A DNA stretch of 64,000 nt from an uncultured Candidatus Saccharibacteria bacterium (GTDB lineage Bacteria; Patescibacteriota; Doudnabacteria; UBA920), in assembly GCA_964617815.1 (NCBI GenBank), contig CAZTXY010000002.1, forward strand, positions 39,343 through 103,342, written 5' to 3'. Both the position numbers and the translations under genes were made by a program. Under the pieces are notes generated by a model. That model made no database searches, had not been told where the DNA came from, and was given only the letters and a program-made list of their open reading frames with translations. Below, piece after piece: positions 27,144-36,409 of this stretch (its first letter is position 1; every line of letters starts with the position of its first letter).

Positions 27144-28472
27144 ATGCCATTAGCGACAATAAAAAAATATTGGGTTTTCCTGCTGGCTCTATTAACCATA
27201 GTGACTGCTCGGCTCATACAAATTACTATCCAACCCCCAAGTCTAACTGGATATGACTACGGCTTTTATCGTTTTAGCACAATGCACCCAAACCCAGCAT
27301 CTTTAAAACATTTTATGACTGGAGTCTTTGGTGGCTTTGACCACATCATACTTGCCTTAATTGGACAACTTGGATACGTTGACCTTTTTCTAGTTGGATC
27401 CATAACCCTGTGGTCAATTCTAACTGGCTGGCTAATGTATTTAGTCTGTAAACCTTATGGCAAAAAGTCTGCTATTTATGCGTTAGTGTTGTTAACTTTT
27501 TCTCTGGCCCAAAGCCAAGTTATTACTTCTTTTCTTTGGAAAACTGCAATTGGCCTTCCTCTCTTACTAATCTTTATATTTTCCATTCAAAAGAAAAATT
27601 ATTTTCTTACCGTTGCATCTGTACTCGGGTTAATAATCTCACACACAACATCTCTACTAATAACAACTCTGGTAACTTTACACTACTGTTTAAAATTAGT
27701 TTTCAAAAAAAATGTAATAACGCTATTTATTGTTGTTATATTGACAGTGTTGGGAATTGTTCTGGTTTATTTAAACCAAGACTTAGTCAATTCACTTTTA
27801 CACTTCCCAAACCCTGCTGCATATCAAGGCATTTTTCTTGACCCTTGGTACTACCTACAAAGACAATGGCCAATAATTATTTCTGCCATATTTGGTCTAA
27901 TAATTTTTTATAGAAAAAACTATTCTTCATCATTTAGTACTTTGTTAATTATAAGCTTTCTATGGATTTGCTGTTTTATGCCTTTCAATCAAAGAGTCGT
28001 CCTCTATTTTGACTTAGCAGCTATTTTCTTTGCCAGTTTTGCACTAACCCAAATTCCTAAAAAATACTATCTAAATATTTTAATCCCTGGAATTATAATT
28101 TTGTATTCGGTAGGAGCATGGTGGTTACAAATCAACTCCAACCCACCTCTAATTACTGAAGCTGAAATAATAGAAATAGAAAATTTTAAACCACAAACTT
28201 CTGGAGGCTTTCTGCTTGCCATAGATGCCAATGATGCACCATGGCTTTTGGGCTATGCAAACAATCTTCGGTTAGGCGCGCCAGGGCTATTCGAGGATAA
28301 GCACAATCAAGAGGCTTGGGAAAAATTCTGGGATAACCAAAATCCCATTGAATTTTTAAACACTTTCCCACAACCGTTATTTATATATTCTCGGAGTAGT
28401 ATTATACCGGAAACTGCTTACCCATGTTTATCACAACTCAGTCAAAACATTTGGGAATACGACTGTAATTAA
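27144..28472 (+). CDS. Polytopic integral membrane protein (about 11 TM plus C-terminal soluble domain; GT-C/polymerase-like topology)
   Basis: 442 aa; many hydrophobic helices; no diagnostic motif recognised. Confidence 0.5.
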   Translation: MPLATIKKYWVFLLALLTIVTARLIQITIQPPSLTGYDYGFYRFSTMHPNPASLKHFMTGVFGGFDHIILALIGQLGYVDLFLVGSITLWSILTGWLMYLVCKPYGKKSAIYALVLLTFSLAQSQVITSFLWKTAIGLPLLLIFIFSIQKKNYFLTVASVLGLIISHTTSLLITTLVTLHYCLKLVFKKNVITLFIVVILTVLGIVLVYLNQDLVNSLLHFPNPAAYQGIFLDPWYYLQRQWPIIISAIFGLIIFYRKNYSSSFSTLLIISFLWICCFMPFNQRVVLYFDLAAIFFASFALTQIPKKYYLNILIPGIIILYSVGAWWLQINSNPPLITEAEIIEIENFKPQTSGGFLLAIDANDAPWLLGYANNLRLGAPGLFEDKHNQEAWEKFWDNQNPIEFLNTFPQPLFIYSRSSIIPETAYPCLSQLSQNIWEYDCN

Positions 28473-28504
28473 AAAAACTCCTCCGACTTTGGAGGAGTTT
28501 TTTA
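28471..28504. terminator. Bidirectional intrinsic terminator (actcctcc gacttt ggaggagt with A6 and T6 flanks)
   Basis: Perfect 8-bp stem between convergent genes. Confidence 0.8.
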
Positions 28505-28516
28505 ATTCAACTAAAT

Positions 28517-28942
28517 TTAATTTTGGTAACCATATCCGCCACCTTTCACATAAATTGTGAAATTATCCTGGACAGTACGTCCATCAAGGGCGACACACTG
28601 AACCTCAAAACGCTGATTTTCTAGCAATGGCTTTGTAGTCACAGGAGTGCTTTGGGTCGAGGTCTGTGTCGTCCAACCATTAACAGCTCGACAAGATTTT
28701 GTATTTTTAGACTCCCACTTGAGATCCGCGGTTTTGCCCTTTGCAAGATACAATGGCCCTTGCCCAAAAGAAGCCTTACCACCAGTTTGCTTACCCAATA
28801 AAGTCACTGAAGCGTTTTGGTATCCGTAGGAGGCACCGCTCTCACTAGATCGCAGATTCCTATTATTCACTGCATACCACACAGCAACCCCAACCACCAA
28901 AACCAACACTACTACCAACCACATTAGTCTTTTGTTTCTCAT
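28517..28942 (-). CDS. Small N-anchored/secreted protein (141 aa)
   Basis: N-terminal TM LMWLVVVLVLVVGVAVWYAV; Thr/Ser-rich middle; Cys pair. Confidence 0.45.
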   Translation of the reverse strand: MRNKRLMWLVVVLVLVVGVAVWYAVNNRNLRSSESGASYGYQNASVTLLGKQTGGKASFGQGPLYLAKGKTADLKWESKNTKSCRAVNGWTTQTSTQSTPVTTKPLLENQRFEVQCVALDGRTVQDNFTIYVKGGGYGYQN

Positions 28943-28992
28943 ATTTCTTTAAATTAATTATGATTACAGTATAGCAAGTTTCTAAAAAAATA

Positions 28993-30006
28993 CTACTTTT
29001 TGGTAATTAAGCTCATCACCAAACTAACAAGCACTTCTTTTTGCTGTGGCTTACTCTCAGCGATTAATAGAGCTAAAGCAGTGAGCGCGCCATCAGAAAT
29101 TAAGCGCTCCCCTTTCTTATTATAGACTCGATGGTTTTCAATTAAGTACAACAAAAACAATAATGCGCCAATGCGTTTATTGCCGTCAGCAAATGGATGG
29201 TCTTTAATTGCAAAGTATAAAAGATGAGCAGCTTTTTCTTCCAAACTTTTATACAATTCTTTGCCGCCATAGGTTTGATCCAAGCTTCCGAGCACTGCAG
29301 AAAGCTTTTGACCAGATTCTTTGCCAAATAAATCTGTGGCTTGCTTGTCTTTTATTAACCGCTCTTTAAACTTCTCAATCGCGGGTTTCACTTGTTCGTA
29401 CTTAAGTCCACTAGATTTCTTGGTGACCAATGGAGTTTGAATATCGTTACGGTCATACTGATTCAGCAACACCCAAGTCTTAGTGTAGTCAGTAATTATA
29501 TGTAGTAAATCTTTTTCATAACCCTCGAGCCTTTTGTCTTCAATAGCCCCCTGTAATAAACTCACCGCCCCTTCCAGCTCTTTGAGTTTCGCCAAGCTTT
29601 CTTCTTTCAAACGCGCCTGATTAACCACAAAGCCTTTAAGAATATAATCGCGCAACTTCGTTGTCGCCCAAATACGAAACTGGGTACCGCGCTTGGAATT
29701 GACCCGATAGCCTACAGAAATAATCATATCCAGGTTATAGTATTCTATTTGACGCTCAACCGTGCGATCGCCCTCTTTTTGAACTGTTGCAAATTTTGCA
29801 ACAGTTGCTTTTTCGCTTAATTCTGCCTCTTTGTAGACATTTCTTATATGCTTGGAAACAACAGATTTATCACGATTGAATAAATCGGCTATTTGCTGCA
29901 AATTGAGCCAAACTGTCTCGCCCTGAAAACTAACCTGAACTTCTGGGCCTTCAGGATCCTTATAAATAACAATTTCGCCTAATTTTTGTTGGTTTTCCTG
30001 TGTCAT
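28993..30006 (-). CDS. RhuM-family protein with C-terminal Doc-type Fic domain (HPFADGNKRIG)
   Basis: N-terminal block ...TVAKFATVQKEGDRTVERQIEYYNLDMIISVGYRVNSKRGTQFRIWATTKLRDYILKGF matches the Virulence_RhuM family. The C-terminal HPFADGNKR is the Doc variant (HxFx[DN][AG]NKR) of the Fic motif. Confidence 0.8.
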   Translation of the reverse strand: MTQENQQKLGEIVIYKDPEGPEVQVSFQGETVWLNLQQIADLFNRDKSVVSKHIRNVYKEAELSEKATVAKFATVQKEGDRTVERQIEYYNLDMIISVGYRVNSKRGTQFRIWATTKLRDYILKGFVVNQARLKEESLAKLKELEGAVSLLQGAIEDKRLEGYEKDLLHIITDYTKTWVLLNQYDRNDIQTPLVTKKSSGLKYEQVKPAIEKFKERLIKDKQATDLFGKESGQKLSAVLGSLDQTYGGKELYKSLEEKAAHLLYFAIKDHPFADGNKRIGALLFLLYLIENHRVYNKKGERLISDGALTALALLIAESKPQQKEVLVSLVMSLITKK

Positions 30007-30098
30007 ATATTTGATATTTAACTTGCCATAAGTGTAACATAAGGAAGATATCCGCCGAAGGCGGACTAAAGATTTTTATAAAAAATTTGGTTTTATTT

Positions 30099-30129
30099 AA
30101 GCCAATACCGGAATTTCCGGTATTGGCTT
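30099..30129. terminator. Perfect 31-bp palindrome (15-bp arms aagccaataccggaa / ttccggtattggctt, 1-nt spacer) in A/T flanks; likely bidirectional terminator or operator
   Basis: Lies between the TrmB-like gene stop (30229) and the RhuM-Doc gene. A second GC hairpin tccgcc gaa ggcgga is at 30051-30065. Confidence 0.45.
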
Positions 30130-30228
30130 ATTTATGAGCATATTCCATTTTGGAACTATCTAGTTTTTTCGGGCAGTTCAGCTATATTAAAATTCCGAGT
30201 AACTGATTTCGATGTGCAATTTTTGCAC

Positions 30229-30966
30229 CTACTGCTTAAACGGCTCAGCTGATTGCCAAGCTAGTTCGTATAATGTTTTAAGTGATGTAACTATCCCAGC
30301 GCTTTTAATAACTACAGCAAATAAATATGGGTTATAGGAAAAAAATGCGACGCTATCGTCAAACAAAGCATTGTCAGTTAAAAAATCCATATTGGCGGGA
30401 ATAAAACGGACTTCGTAATTATTAGTCTTCCCTATCCATTTAGCATGAGCTTTATCTTCTGGACTTTGAGTTACCAATTCCCGCATTTTTATTTTATTTT
30501 CTGTGGCTAACTGTTTAAATTGCTTTGGTACATCAGAAAAAATCTTATCTACATCTTTCAGAGTGCAAAAAAAAGCAATGTCTTTGGCCTTTAAAATTTT
30601 ATCATAGACTTGCCTGACACCCTCTTTTCCTTGAAATAACTGCACCTGCGGTTTTTCTTGTTTTTGATTATGGATTGCAAGCAACTCAGGCAGAGCCCGG
30701 ATAACAAGCTCCTGTTTTCTTCGTAGGTCATTTAATAAATTCTCAGGTGTCTGGGCTGTATATAAAGCTTTTTTTGATTGAGGGACTTCTCCCACTAAAC
30801 CTTTAGCCTGTAAATCATCTAATATTAAATAAGTAGTTGGTCTTTTAAGGCCTGCTTTGTGCGCAATAGACATCACACTAGCAGTTCCTAGCTCCAAAAC
30901 AGCTAAGTAAACACTAGCTTCTTTTTCATTAAGACCAATTTTCTCCAAAACCTCATTTATTTCCAT
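30229..30966 (-). CDS. TrmB-family transcriptional regulator (N-terminal wHTH plus C-terminal effector-like domain)
   Basis: LNEKEASVYLAVLELGTASVMSIAHKAGLKRPTTYLILDDLQAKGLV HTH, typical of TrmB. Paralogous to 62482-63258. Confidence 0.7.
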   Translation of the reverse strand: MEINEVLEKIGLNEKEASVYLAVLELGTASVMSIAHKAGLKRPTTYLILDDLQAKGLVGEVPQSKKALYTAQTPENLLNDLRRKQELVIRALPELLAIHNQKQEKPQVQLFQGKEGVRQVYDKILKAKDIAFFCTLKDVDKIFSDVPKQFKQLATENKIKMRELVTQSPEDKAHAKWIGKTNNYEVRFIPANMDFLTDNALFDDSVAFFSYNPYLFAVVIKSAGIVTSLKTLYELAWQSAEPFKQ

Positions 30967-30972
30967 ATTTTA

Positions 30973-31109
30973 AGTATATCTGATTATTACAATTTTGTCA
31001 ATATTTCTGACAACAAAACAAATCTTGTTGGTTTACTTAATAAATATAGGGGTATTTTGTAATTAAATTAGTCATTAGTATTGACTAATTGCAAATAATG
31101 TTGTATACT
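30973..31109. promoter_or_regulatory. Divergent promoter region: TrmB promoter (TTGACA-17-TATACT, -10 box 6 nt from ATG, minus strand) and cargo promoter TTGACT-17-TATACT (plus strand) with palindrome ttagtca-N7-tgactaa over the -35
   Basis: Coordinates derived in-sequence: minus -10 at 30973-30978 and -35 at 30996-31001; plus -35 at 31081-31086 and -10 at 31104-31109; palindrome at 31068-31088. Confidence 0.5.
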
Positions 31110-31183
31110 TATGAATCAAAAATAAAAACAGGGCCAGATTGATGGCCTACACCAAAAACTTCGAAAAGCCTTAAGGAGGCAAA

Positions 31184-31567
31184 ATGGAAAGCAAGGCAAA
31201 CGGATACAACACGAAGACTGTGGTAAGCACCACTCTGACAGAGACGCTGTACATTACGGAATACTCCGCATTGTACGGAAATACCTTCCACATCCCGTTC
31301 CAACACAAAGCTGAAATTGTGACTGAAGAACTCAAGTGCAGAGATTCAGAGTTCACAATCACAATTTCTCGCTTAGTCGTCAACGGAGAAAGCTATATGA
31401 TCAACTTCCTCCGTCCTGGACTTGAGGGAAACGTGGTTGGAATCGGGATTGATAAAAATGGAACGCCTGCGATAGTCTACACGACTATCCGGACAAACCA
31501 AGGAGAGTCAGTCTCAACAGAAAAATTGACAGCGCGAAGCAGGGTAAGCTGGAGGTCTTCTTGCTGA
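31184..31567 (+). CDS. Hypothetical protein (127 aa) in a G+C-rich cassette with strong SD AAGGAGG
   Basis: AAGGAGG at 31173-31179 lies 4 nt before the ATG. Composition is distinctly G+C-richer than the genome; no recognisable motif. Confidence 0.5.
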   Translation: MESKANGYNTKTVVSTTLTETLYITEYSALYGNTFHIPFQHKAEIVTEELKCRDSEFTITISRLVVNGESYMINFLRPGLEGNVVGIGIDKNGTPAIVYTTIRTNQGESVSTEKLTARSRVSWRSSC

Positions 31568-31590
31568 TAGTATGCCAGAACAATTGCTAT

Positions 31591-31628
31591 AAACGGTAAC
31601 ACCTAGTGTGTTACCGTTTCTTGTTTTT
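31591..31628. terminator. Bidirectional intrinsic terminator (aaacggtaacac ctagt gtgttaccgttt + T-run)
   Basis: 12-bp perfect stem between the convergent 31184-31567 (+) and polA (-) genes. Confidence 0.8.
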
Positions 31629-31636
31629 AGAAAATT

Positions 31637-34405
31637 TTATAGTTTTTCCATCTCGCCCCAGTTGTCCCCTAACTTGGCTTCAACGGTTACCGGCACAGAA
31701 AGTTTAATCGCTTCTTCCATGAGTGGTTTGATTTTTTTTACCCATTTCTCTGCTTCATCTTTGCGAACCTCAAATACAAGTTCATCATGCACCTGCAATA
31801 GCATTTGGATTTCTTCGTTATGCTCGCCAATTTCTTTATCAATGTTGAGCATAGCAACTTTGATAACGTCGGCAGCTAAACTTTGAATAGGGAAATTCAC
31901 CGCCGCACGTTCTGCAGCCTGACGGATAAAGTACTGGCTGGATTTTATTTCCGGAAAGCGGCGAATGCGGCCAAGCTCGTTTTTGACATAGCCATTTTTA
32001 TTGACTTCTTCTTTAACACTGGCGACATAATCTTTAACGCCAGGATAGGCCGCAAAATATTTATCAATAAAATCTTTAGCGTCGCTCCAGGCCACTTCTC
32101 CAATACGACTAGACAATCCAAAACTCGACAGTCCGTAGAGTATTCCGAAGTTGACAGTCTTGGCATCTCTGCGCATGTCCGGCGTGACTTCTTTTTCTGG
32201 CACACCAAAAATTTCTACGGCTGTGTTAGTGTGAATGTCTTCGTGATTATTAAAAATCTTTTTCATGCTCTTGTCATCCGCTAAATGCGCTGCAACACGA
32301 AGTTCAATTTGAGAATAATCCAGCGACAAGAGTTTGTAGCCTGACTTTGCCACAAAAGCTTTGCGCACCTCACTACCTAAGCCTGTGCCGCGAATTGGGA
32401 TGTTCTGTAAGTTTGGATCTGTACTCGAAAGCCGGCCGGTTGCAGCAATGGTCTGGTTGTAACTAGTGTGAATTCGGCCAGTCTTTTTGTTAATCAGCTC
32501 AGGCAAAGCCAACAAATATGTAGACTGAAGCTTAGAAACTTCACGGTACTGCAAAATTTTTGGAATAATATCGTGCTGACCAACCATTTTTTCCAACTCC
32601 CCTGCAGCTGTAGATAACCCCGTTTTAGTTTTTTTATTAGTCACAGAAACCAAACCCATGTCTTCAAACAAAATCTCTTTCATTTGTTTTGGCGAAGCTA
32701 TATTAAACTCTTTGCCGGCCAATTTGTAAATCTCTTTTTCCAAAATGCCAATCTGCTTTTCGGCTTTTTTCGAAAGATCTCCAAGCAGCTTGCCATCCAC
32801 CTCAATACCAGCCCGTTCCATCCTTGCAAGCACTTTAATCAAGGACATTTCAATATCGAAAAAGACTTTATCTAAATTCTCTTTTTCAAGCTGGGGCGCA
32901 TACAACTCTTTAAGGCGTAAGCTTATATCCACATCCTCGCATGCATACCAACTAACTTTTGCAGGCGAAACCAGGTCCATAGTAATTTGGGTTTTGCCTT
33001 TGCCAATCAAATCTTCAATTGGCTGCATGCTGTAGCCAAACTCGTTGAAAGCCAAAGCTGTAAGTCCATGTTGGCGTGTGCCGGCATTAAGGAGGTACGA
33101 AGCTATCATAGTATCAAACCAAACATTACCAAGCTCAATCCCCGCATTCTGCAAAACTAAATAGTCATACTTAATATTATGGCCAATTTTTTTTACGTCA
33201 TCGGATTGCAAAAACTTTTTTAACTCAACGCTTTCAGAAACAAGCTGAGCCGGAATATAGTACGCCTCCCCGGTTTGAGCGGACAACGAAATACCAACAA
33301 GCTTTGCATCAATAACACTTAAGCTGGTAGTCTCGGTATCCAAAGCCAATTCTTTATAGCTGTCTAGCTTTCCCATCACAACAGCTAATTTTTCCGCTGT
33401 GTCTATAAACTCATACTTCTGTTTAAAATTCGGATCAACTTTTGTTTCTACAACTTCTTCTGCCTCTCCGCTTGATTCTTGATTCTTGCTACTTGATTCC
33501 TTGCTCGTCTTCGGCAATTTACTCACTAAACTATTAAACTCCAACTCCTTGAACAAAGGCATAATAGCTGTTTGCTCTTTAGCCCCAAATTCATAAGTAG
33601 GGATGTCGATATCCAGTGGTACATTGCAGACAATTTCAGAGAGATGGTAAGACTGCCGTGCCTGATCTTCTTGATCTATCAGCAACTGCAAAATTCGTGG
33701 CTTTATTTTGTCTTCTGTCTTATCGGCTTTAATGGCTTTGTATAAATCATCAATACTGCCAAAGTCAGCAATCAGTTGCATGGCGCCTTTTTCACCAATG
33801 CCGGCCACACCCTTGATGTTGTCCGAAGGATCGCCACGCAACGCCTTGTAGCTGATCATCTGCTTTGGAGTTAGGCCGTAGCGCTCTTTAATCGCAGCTT
33901 CATCGTAGATTGCAGTGTCATTCAAACCTTTTCGCAGTGTATAAATTTTCACGCACTCACTTACCAATTGCAAAGCATCCAAGTCGCCTGTAACAATCAT
34001 AACGTCACAGCCTTTTTGTTCTTTACAAATATGAGTGGCCAGAGTTCCCAGCACGTCGTCTGCTTCAAAACCTTGAATTTCAAAAATAGGAATATTTAGA
34101 CCACGCACCACTTCTTTAACACGTGGAAACTGGTCGTACAGTTCTTGGGCAGCTTTGACACGAGTGCCTTTATACTCGGCGTATTCTTCGTGACGAAAAG
34201 TTGGGCCGGCAAGGTCAAAACTGCAGGCAATGTGGGTAGGCTTAAGCTCTTTAATCGCCCGAAGCAAAATCATAGTAAAACCATAGACCGCGTTGGTCTG
34301 CTCCCCGCCTTTGGTGGTCAAAAAGGGAATGGCATGAAAACCGCGGTGAACCAAGGCATTCCCATCTATTAACATGTATCTGGAGGTATTTGTCTTTTTA
34401 GGCAT
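31637..34405 (-). CDS. polA: DNA polymerase I (5'-3' exonuclease, 3'-5' exonuclease-like and polymerase domains)
   Basis: 922 aa. Pol A motifs DYSQIELR, RRDAKTVNFGILYG and QVHDELVFE. The TACAAT -10 box lies 6 nt before the ATG. Confidence 0.95.
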   Translation of the reverse strand: MPKKTNTSRYMLIDGNALVHRGFHAIPFLTTKGGEQTNAVYGFTMILLRAIKELKPTHIACSFDLAGPTFRHEEYAEYKGTRVKAAQELYDQFPRVKEVVRGLNIPIFEIQGFEADDVLGTLATHICKEQKGCDVMIVTGDLDALQLVSECVKIYTLRKGLNDTAIYDEAAIKERYGLTPKQMISYKALRGDPSDNIKGVAGIGEKGAMQLIADFGSIDDLYKAIKADKTEDKIKPRILQLLIDQEDQARQSYHLSEIVCNVPLDIDIPTYEFGAKEQTAIMPLFKELEFNSLVSKLPKTSKESSSKNQESSGEAEEVVETKVDPNFKQKYEFIDTAEKLAVVMGKLDSYKELALDTETTSLSVIDAKLVGISLSAQTGEAYYIPAQLVSESVELKKFLQSDDVKKIGHNIKYDYLVLQNAGIELGNVWFDTMIASYLLNAGTRQHGLTALAFNEFGYSMQPIEDLIGKGKTQITMDLVSPAKVSWYACEDVDISLRLKELYAPQLEKENLDKVFFDIEMSLIKVLARMERAGIEVDGKLLGDLSKKAEKQIGILEKEIYKLAGKEFNIASPKQMKEILFEDMGLVSVTNKKTKTGLSTAAGELEKMVGQHDIIPKILQYREVSKLQSTYLLALPELINKKTGRIHTSYNQTIAATGRLSSTDPNLQNIPIRGTGLGSEVRKAFVAKSGYKLLSLDYSQIELRVAAHLADDKSMKKIFNNHEDIHTNTAVEIFGVPEKEVTPDMRRDAKTVNFGILYGLSSFGLSSRIGEVAWSDAKDFIDKYFAAYPGVKDYVASVKEEVNKNGYVKNELGRIRRFPEIKSSQYFIRQAAERAAVNFPIQSLAADVIKVAMLNIDKEIGEHNEEIQMLLQVHDELVFEVRKDEAEKWVKKIKPLMEEAIKLSVPVTVEAKLGDNWGEMEKL

Positions 34406-34502
34406 AAGGGTATTGTACCCCGATTTCCCATCCCTTCAAAACCAAAAAGCCTCTTTCTGCCAAATGAGTTTTTTATCATGGCTCTTATAGCCAATATGCA
34501 AA

Positions 34503-36263
34503 TTATAGAGCTATAAATTCTGTTGTTTGCCTTTGCCAGAGTGAATTATAGCGGCCATTTAAGTTCAATAGTTCTTCATGCGTTCCTGCTTCAACAATTT
34601 TGCCTTCATGCATAACAATTATGCGATCGAGTCCTGCTACAGTACTAAGACGGTGAGCCACAACAATGGCAGTTTGTTTTCCAATAATCTCAGGCATTGC
34701 TCGCTGTATAATCTGCTCACTCTCGCTGTCCAATGCGCTTGTTGCCTCATCAAAAATCATGATAGGTGCTTTTTTGAGTACGGCACGGGCAATTGCTACG
34801 CGTTGCTTTTGACCGCCACTCAGTTTAATTCCTCTTTCTCCGACAATTGTATCATATCCATCAGGCAATTTTTCTATAAACTCATGTGCATGAGCTGCTT
34901 TGGCAGCAAGAATAATTTCAGACTCACCAGCGTCTGGATTATAGTAATTAATATTTTCTCTAATAGTTGTATGAAAAAGTAAAGGTTCTTGAGGGACATA
35001 TGCGATTTGCTGCCTTAACTCACTTTGTTTTACTTTTCGTATATCAATACCTTCTATTTTAATTGAACCACTATTAACTTCATCAAAACGAAGCAATAAA
35101 TTAGCAAGCGTACTTTTCCCTGCTCCACTTAATCCAACGACACCGACTTGTTCTCCTCCCTCAACTTTAATATTCAGATCAGTGAAAACTGGAATGCTTG
35201 TTCCCTTATCTGAACGTGATGAATAACTAAAACTAACATGCTCAACGCTGATTTCTGCTTTGGTAATCTTTAGCTTTTGGGGTTTAGCTGAATCGCGTAT
35301 CTCCTCATGGTCATTACCTAAATATTTTAATGTAGGATATACCTTAGTTATTAAATCATCGTGTTGTGTTATAAGTTCCGGTAACTCCCCAACATTTCTG
35401 ACTATCTGAAACATATACGTAATAGTTAGGAGGATTAAGCCTAAAGATTCAGGATTTAGTCCATCATCCCTAGAAACAATCAAGTATACGGCCAGCGAAA
35501 TGCCAAAGGCTGTAATTATATTTCGAGGCAAATCCAGCAATGTAGTGAGCCTACGGCGCAACTGATAGGCTGTATTTTCTGCTTTCCCTAGAGTGGCAAC
35601 TTTACTTCGAGCGCGATCCTCAAACCCACCAGCCTTGAAAGCAACAATATTGGTTATCTCATCCGACACTTCTGCTGTAGCTTTCCTATATGCCTCATGA
35701 GACATATCTCTATATTTATTAGCCTTAGATGAAGCCCACATCATATAAAGAAACTGAACCAAAACGATGCCTATGGAGATTAAACCAATTTTTTGATCTG
35801 CAAAAAATAAAATTATAGGGGGGACAAGTAACGAGATAAAAGTCCCTAGTGCTTCACCTCGCACAAAGCGAAGTAATAAGATTAAGCCATCGAGATATTG
35901 CCGAAAAGCGCTAACAAGGTATCCTGTTTGATTATCACGATAGAAGGAGAGGTCTTTACCAATTAATTTTTGATAAAAAGCAACCATCATCTTGCCATAC
36001 TGCTTATTTTCGGTATAAGTAGAAAGTATTTCTCCAAAAGTACTTACCACAGAGCCAAAGATATACGCCAAGAAAAAGTAGAGCGTATACATTTTTGCTC
36101 CATCAACATCACCTGATGCGATTTTAGTAGTAATCTGCGCCATAATAATAACGATGTAAACCCTTATTATTAGAACGCGAATAATTACAGCGACAAAACC
36201 AATCCACTGCCCAAGATTACGGCCATAGGTTTTTATTATATGTTTATAAACTTCTATATTCAT
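34503..36263 (-). CDS. ABC exporter, fused permease-ATPase (MsbA/type I exporter-like)
   Basis: Six TM N-terminal domain; Walker A GLSGAGKST, LSGGQKQR, IMIFDEATSALD. Confidence 0.85.
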   Translation of the reverse strand: MNIEVYKHIIKTYGRNLGQWIGFVAVIIRVLIIRVYIVIIMAQITTKIASGDVDGAKMYTLYFFLAYIFGSVVSTFGEILSTYTENKQYGKMMVAFYQKLIGKDLSFYRDNQTGYLVSAFRQYLDGLILLLRFVRGEALGTFISLLVPPIILFFADQKIGLISIGIVLVQFLYMMWASSKANKYRDMSHEAYRKATAEVSDEITNIVAFKAGGFEDRARSKVATLGKAENTAYQLRRRLTTLLDLPRNIITAFGISLAVYLIVSRDDGLNPESLGLILLTITYMFQIVRNVGELPELITQHDDLITKVYPTLKYLGNDHEEIRDSAKPQKLKITKAEISVEHVSFSYSSRSDKGTSIPVFTDLNIKVEGGEQVGVVGLSGAGKSTLANLLLRFDEVNSGSIKIEGIDIRKVKQSELRQQIAYVPQEPLLFHTTIRENINYYNPDAGESEIILAAKAAHAHEFIEKLPDGYDTIVGERGIKLSGGQKQRVAIARAVLKKAPIMIFDEATSALDSESEQIIQRAMPEIIGKQTAIVVAHRLSTVAGLDRIIVMHEGKIVEAGTHEELLNLNGRYNSLWQRQTTEFIAL

Positions 36264-36371
36264 GAGACAATAGTTTTCTCAATTATAGCTGTTTATAGTT
36301 AGGCTGGGAAATAATATGCATCGGAAAGCTAAGGTCAGATTTTTTAGTTTTTTATTATTATTTGATCTGCC

Positions 36372-36409
36372 AATAACTAAAAACCGAGCAAGCTCGGTTT
36401 TTAGTTATT
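36372..36409. terminator. Bidirectional terminator with 18-bp perfect arms (aataactaaaaaccgagc aa gctcggtttttagttatt)
   Basis: Overlaps the stop of the anti-sigma-like gene at 36401. Confidence 0.8.
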
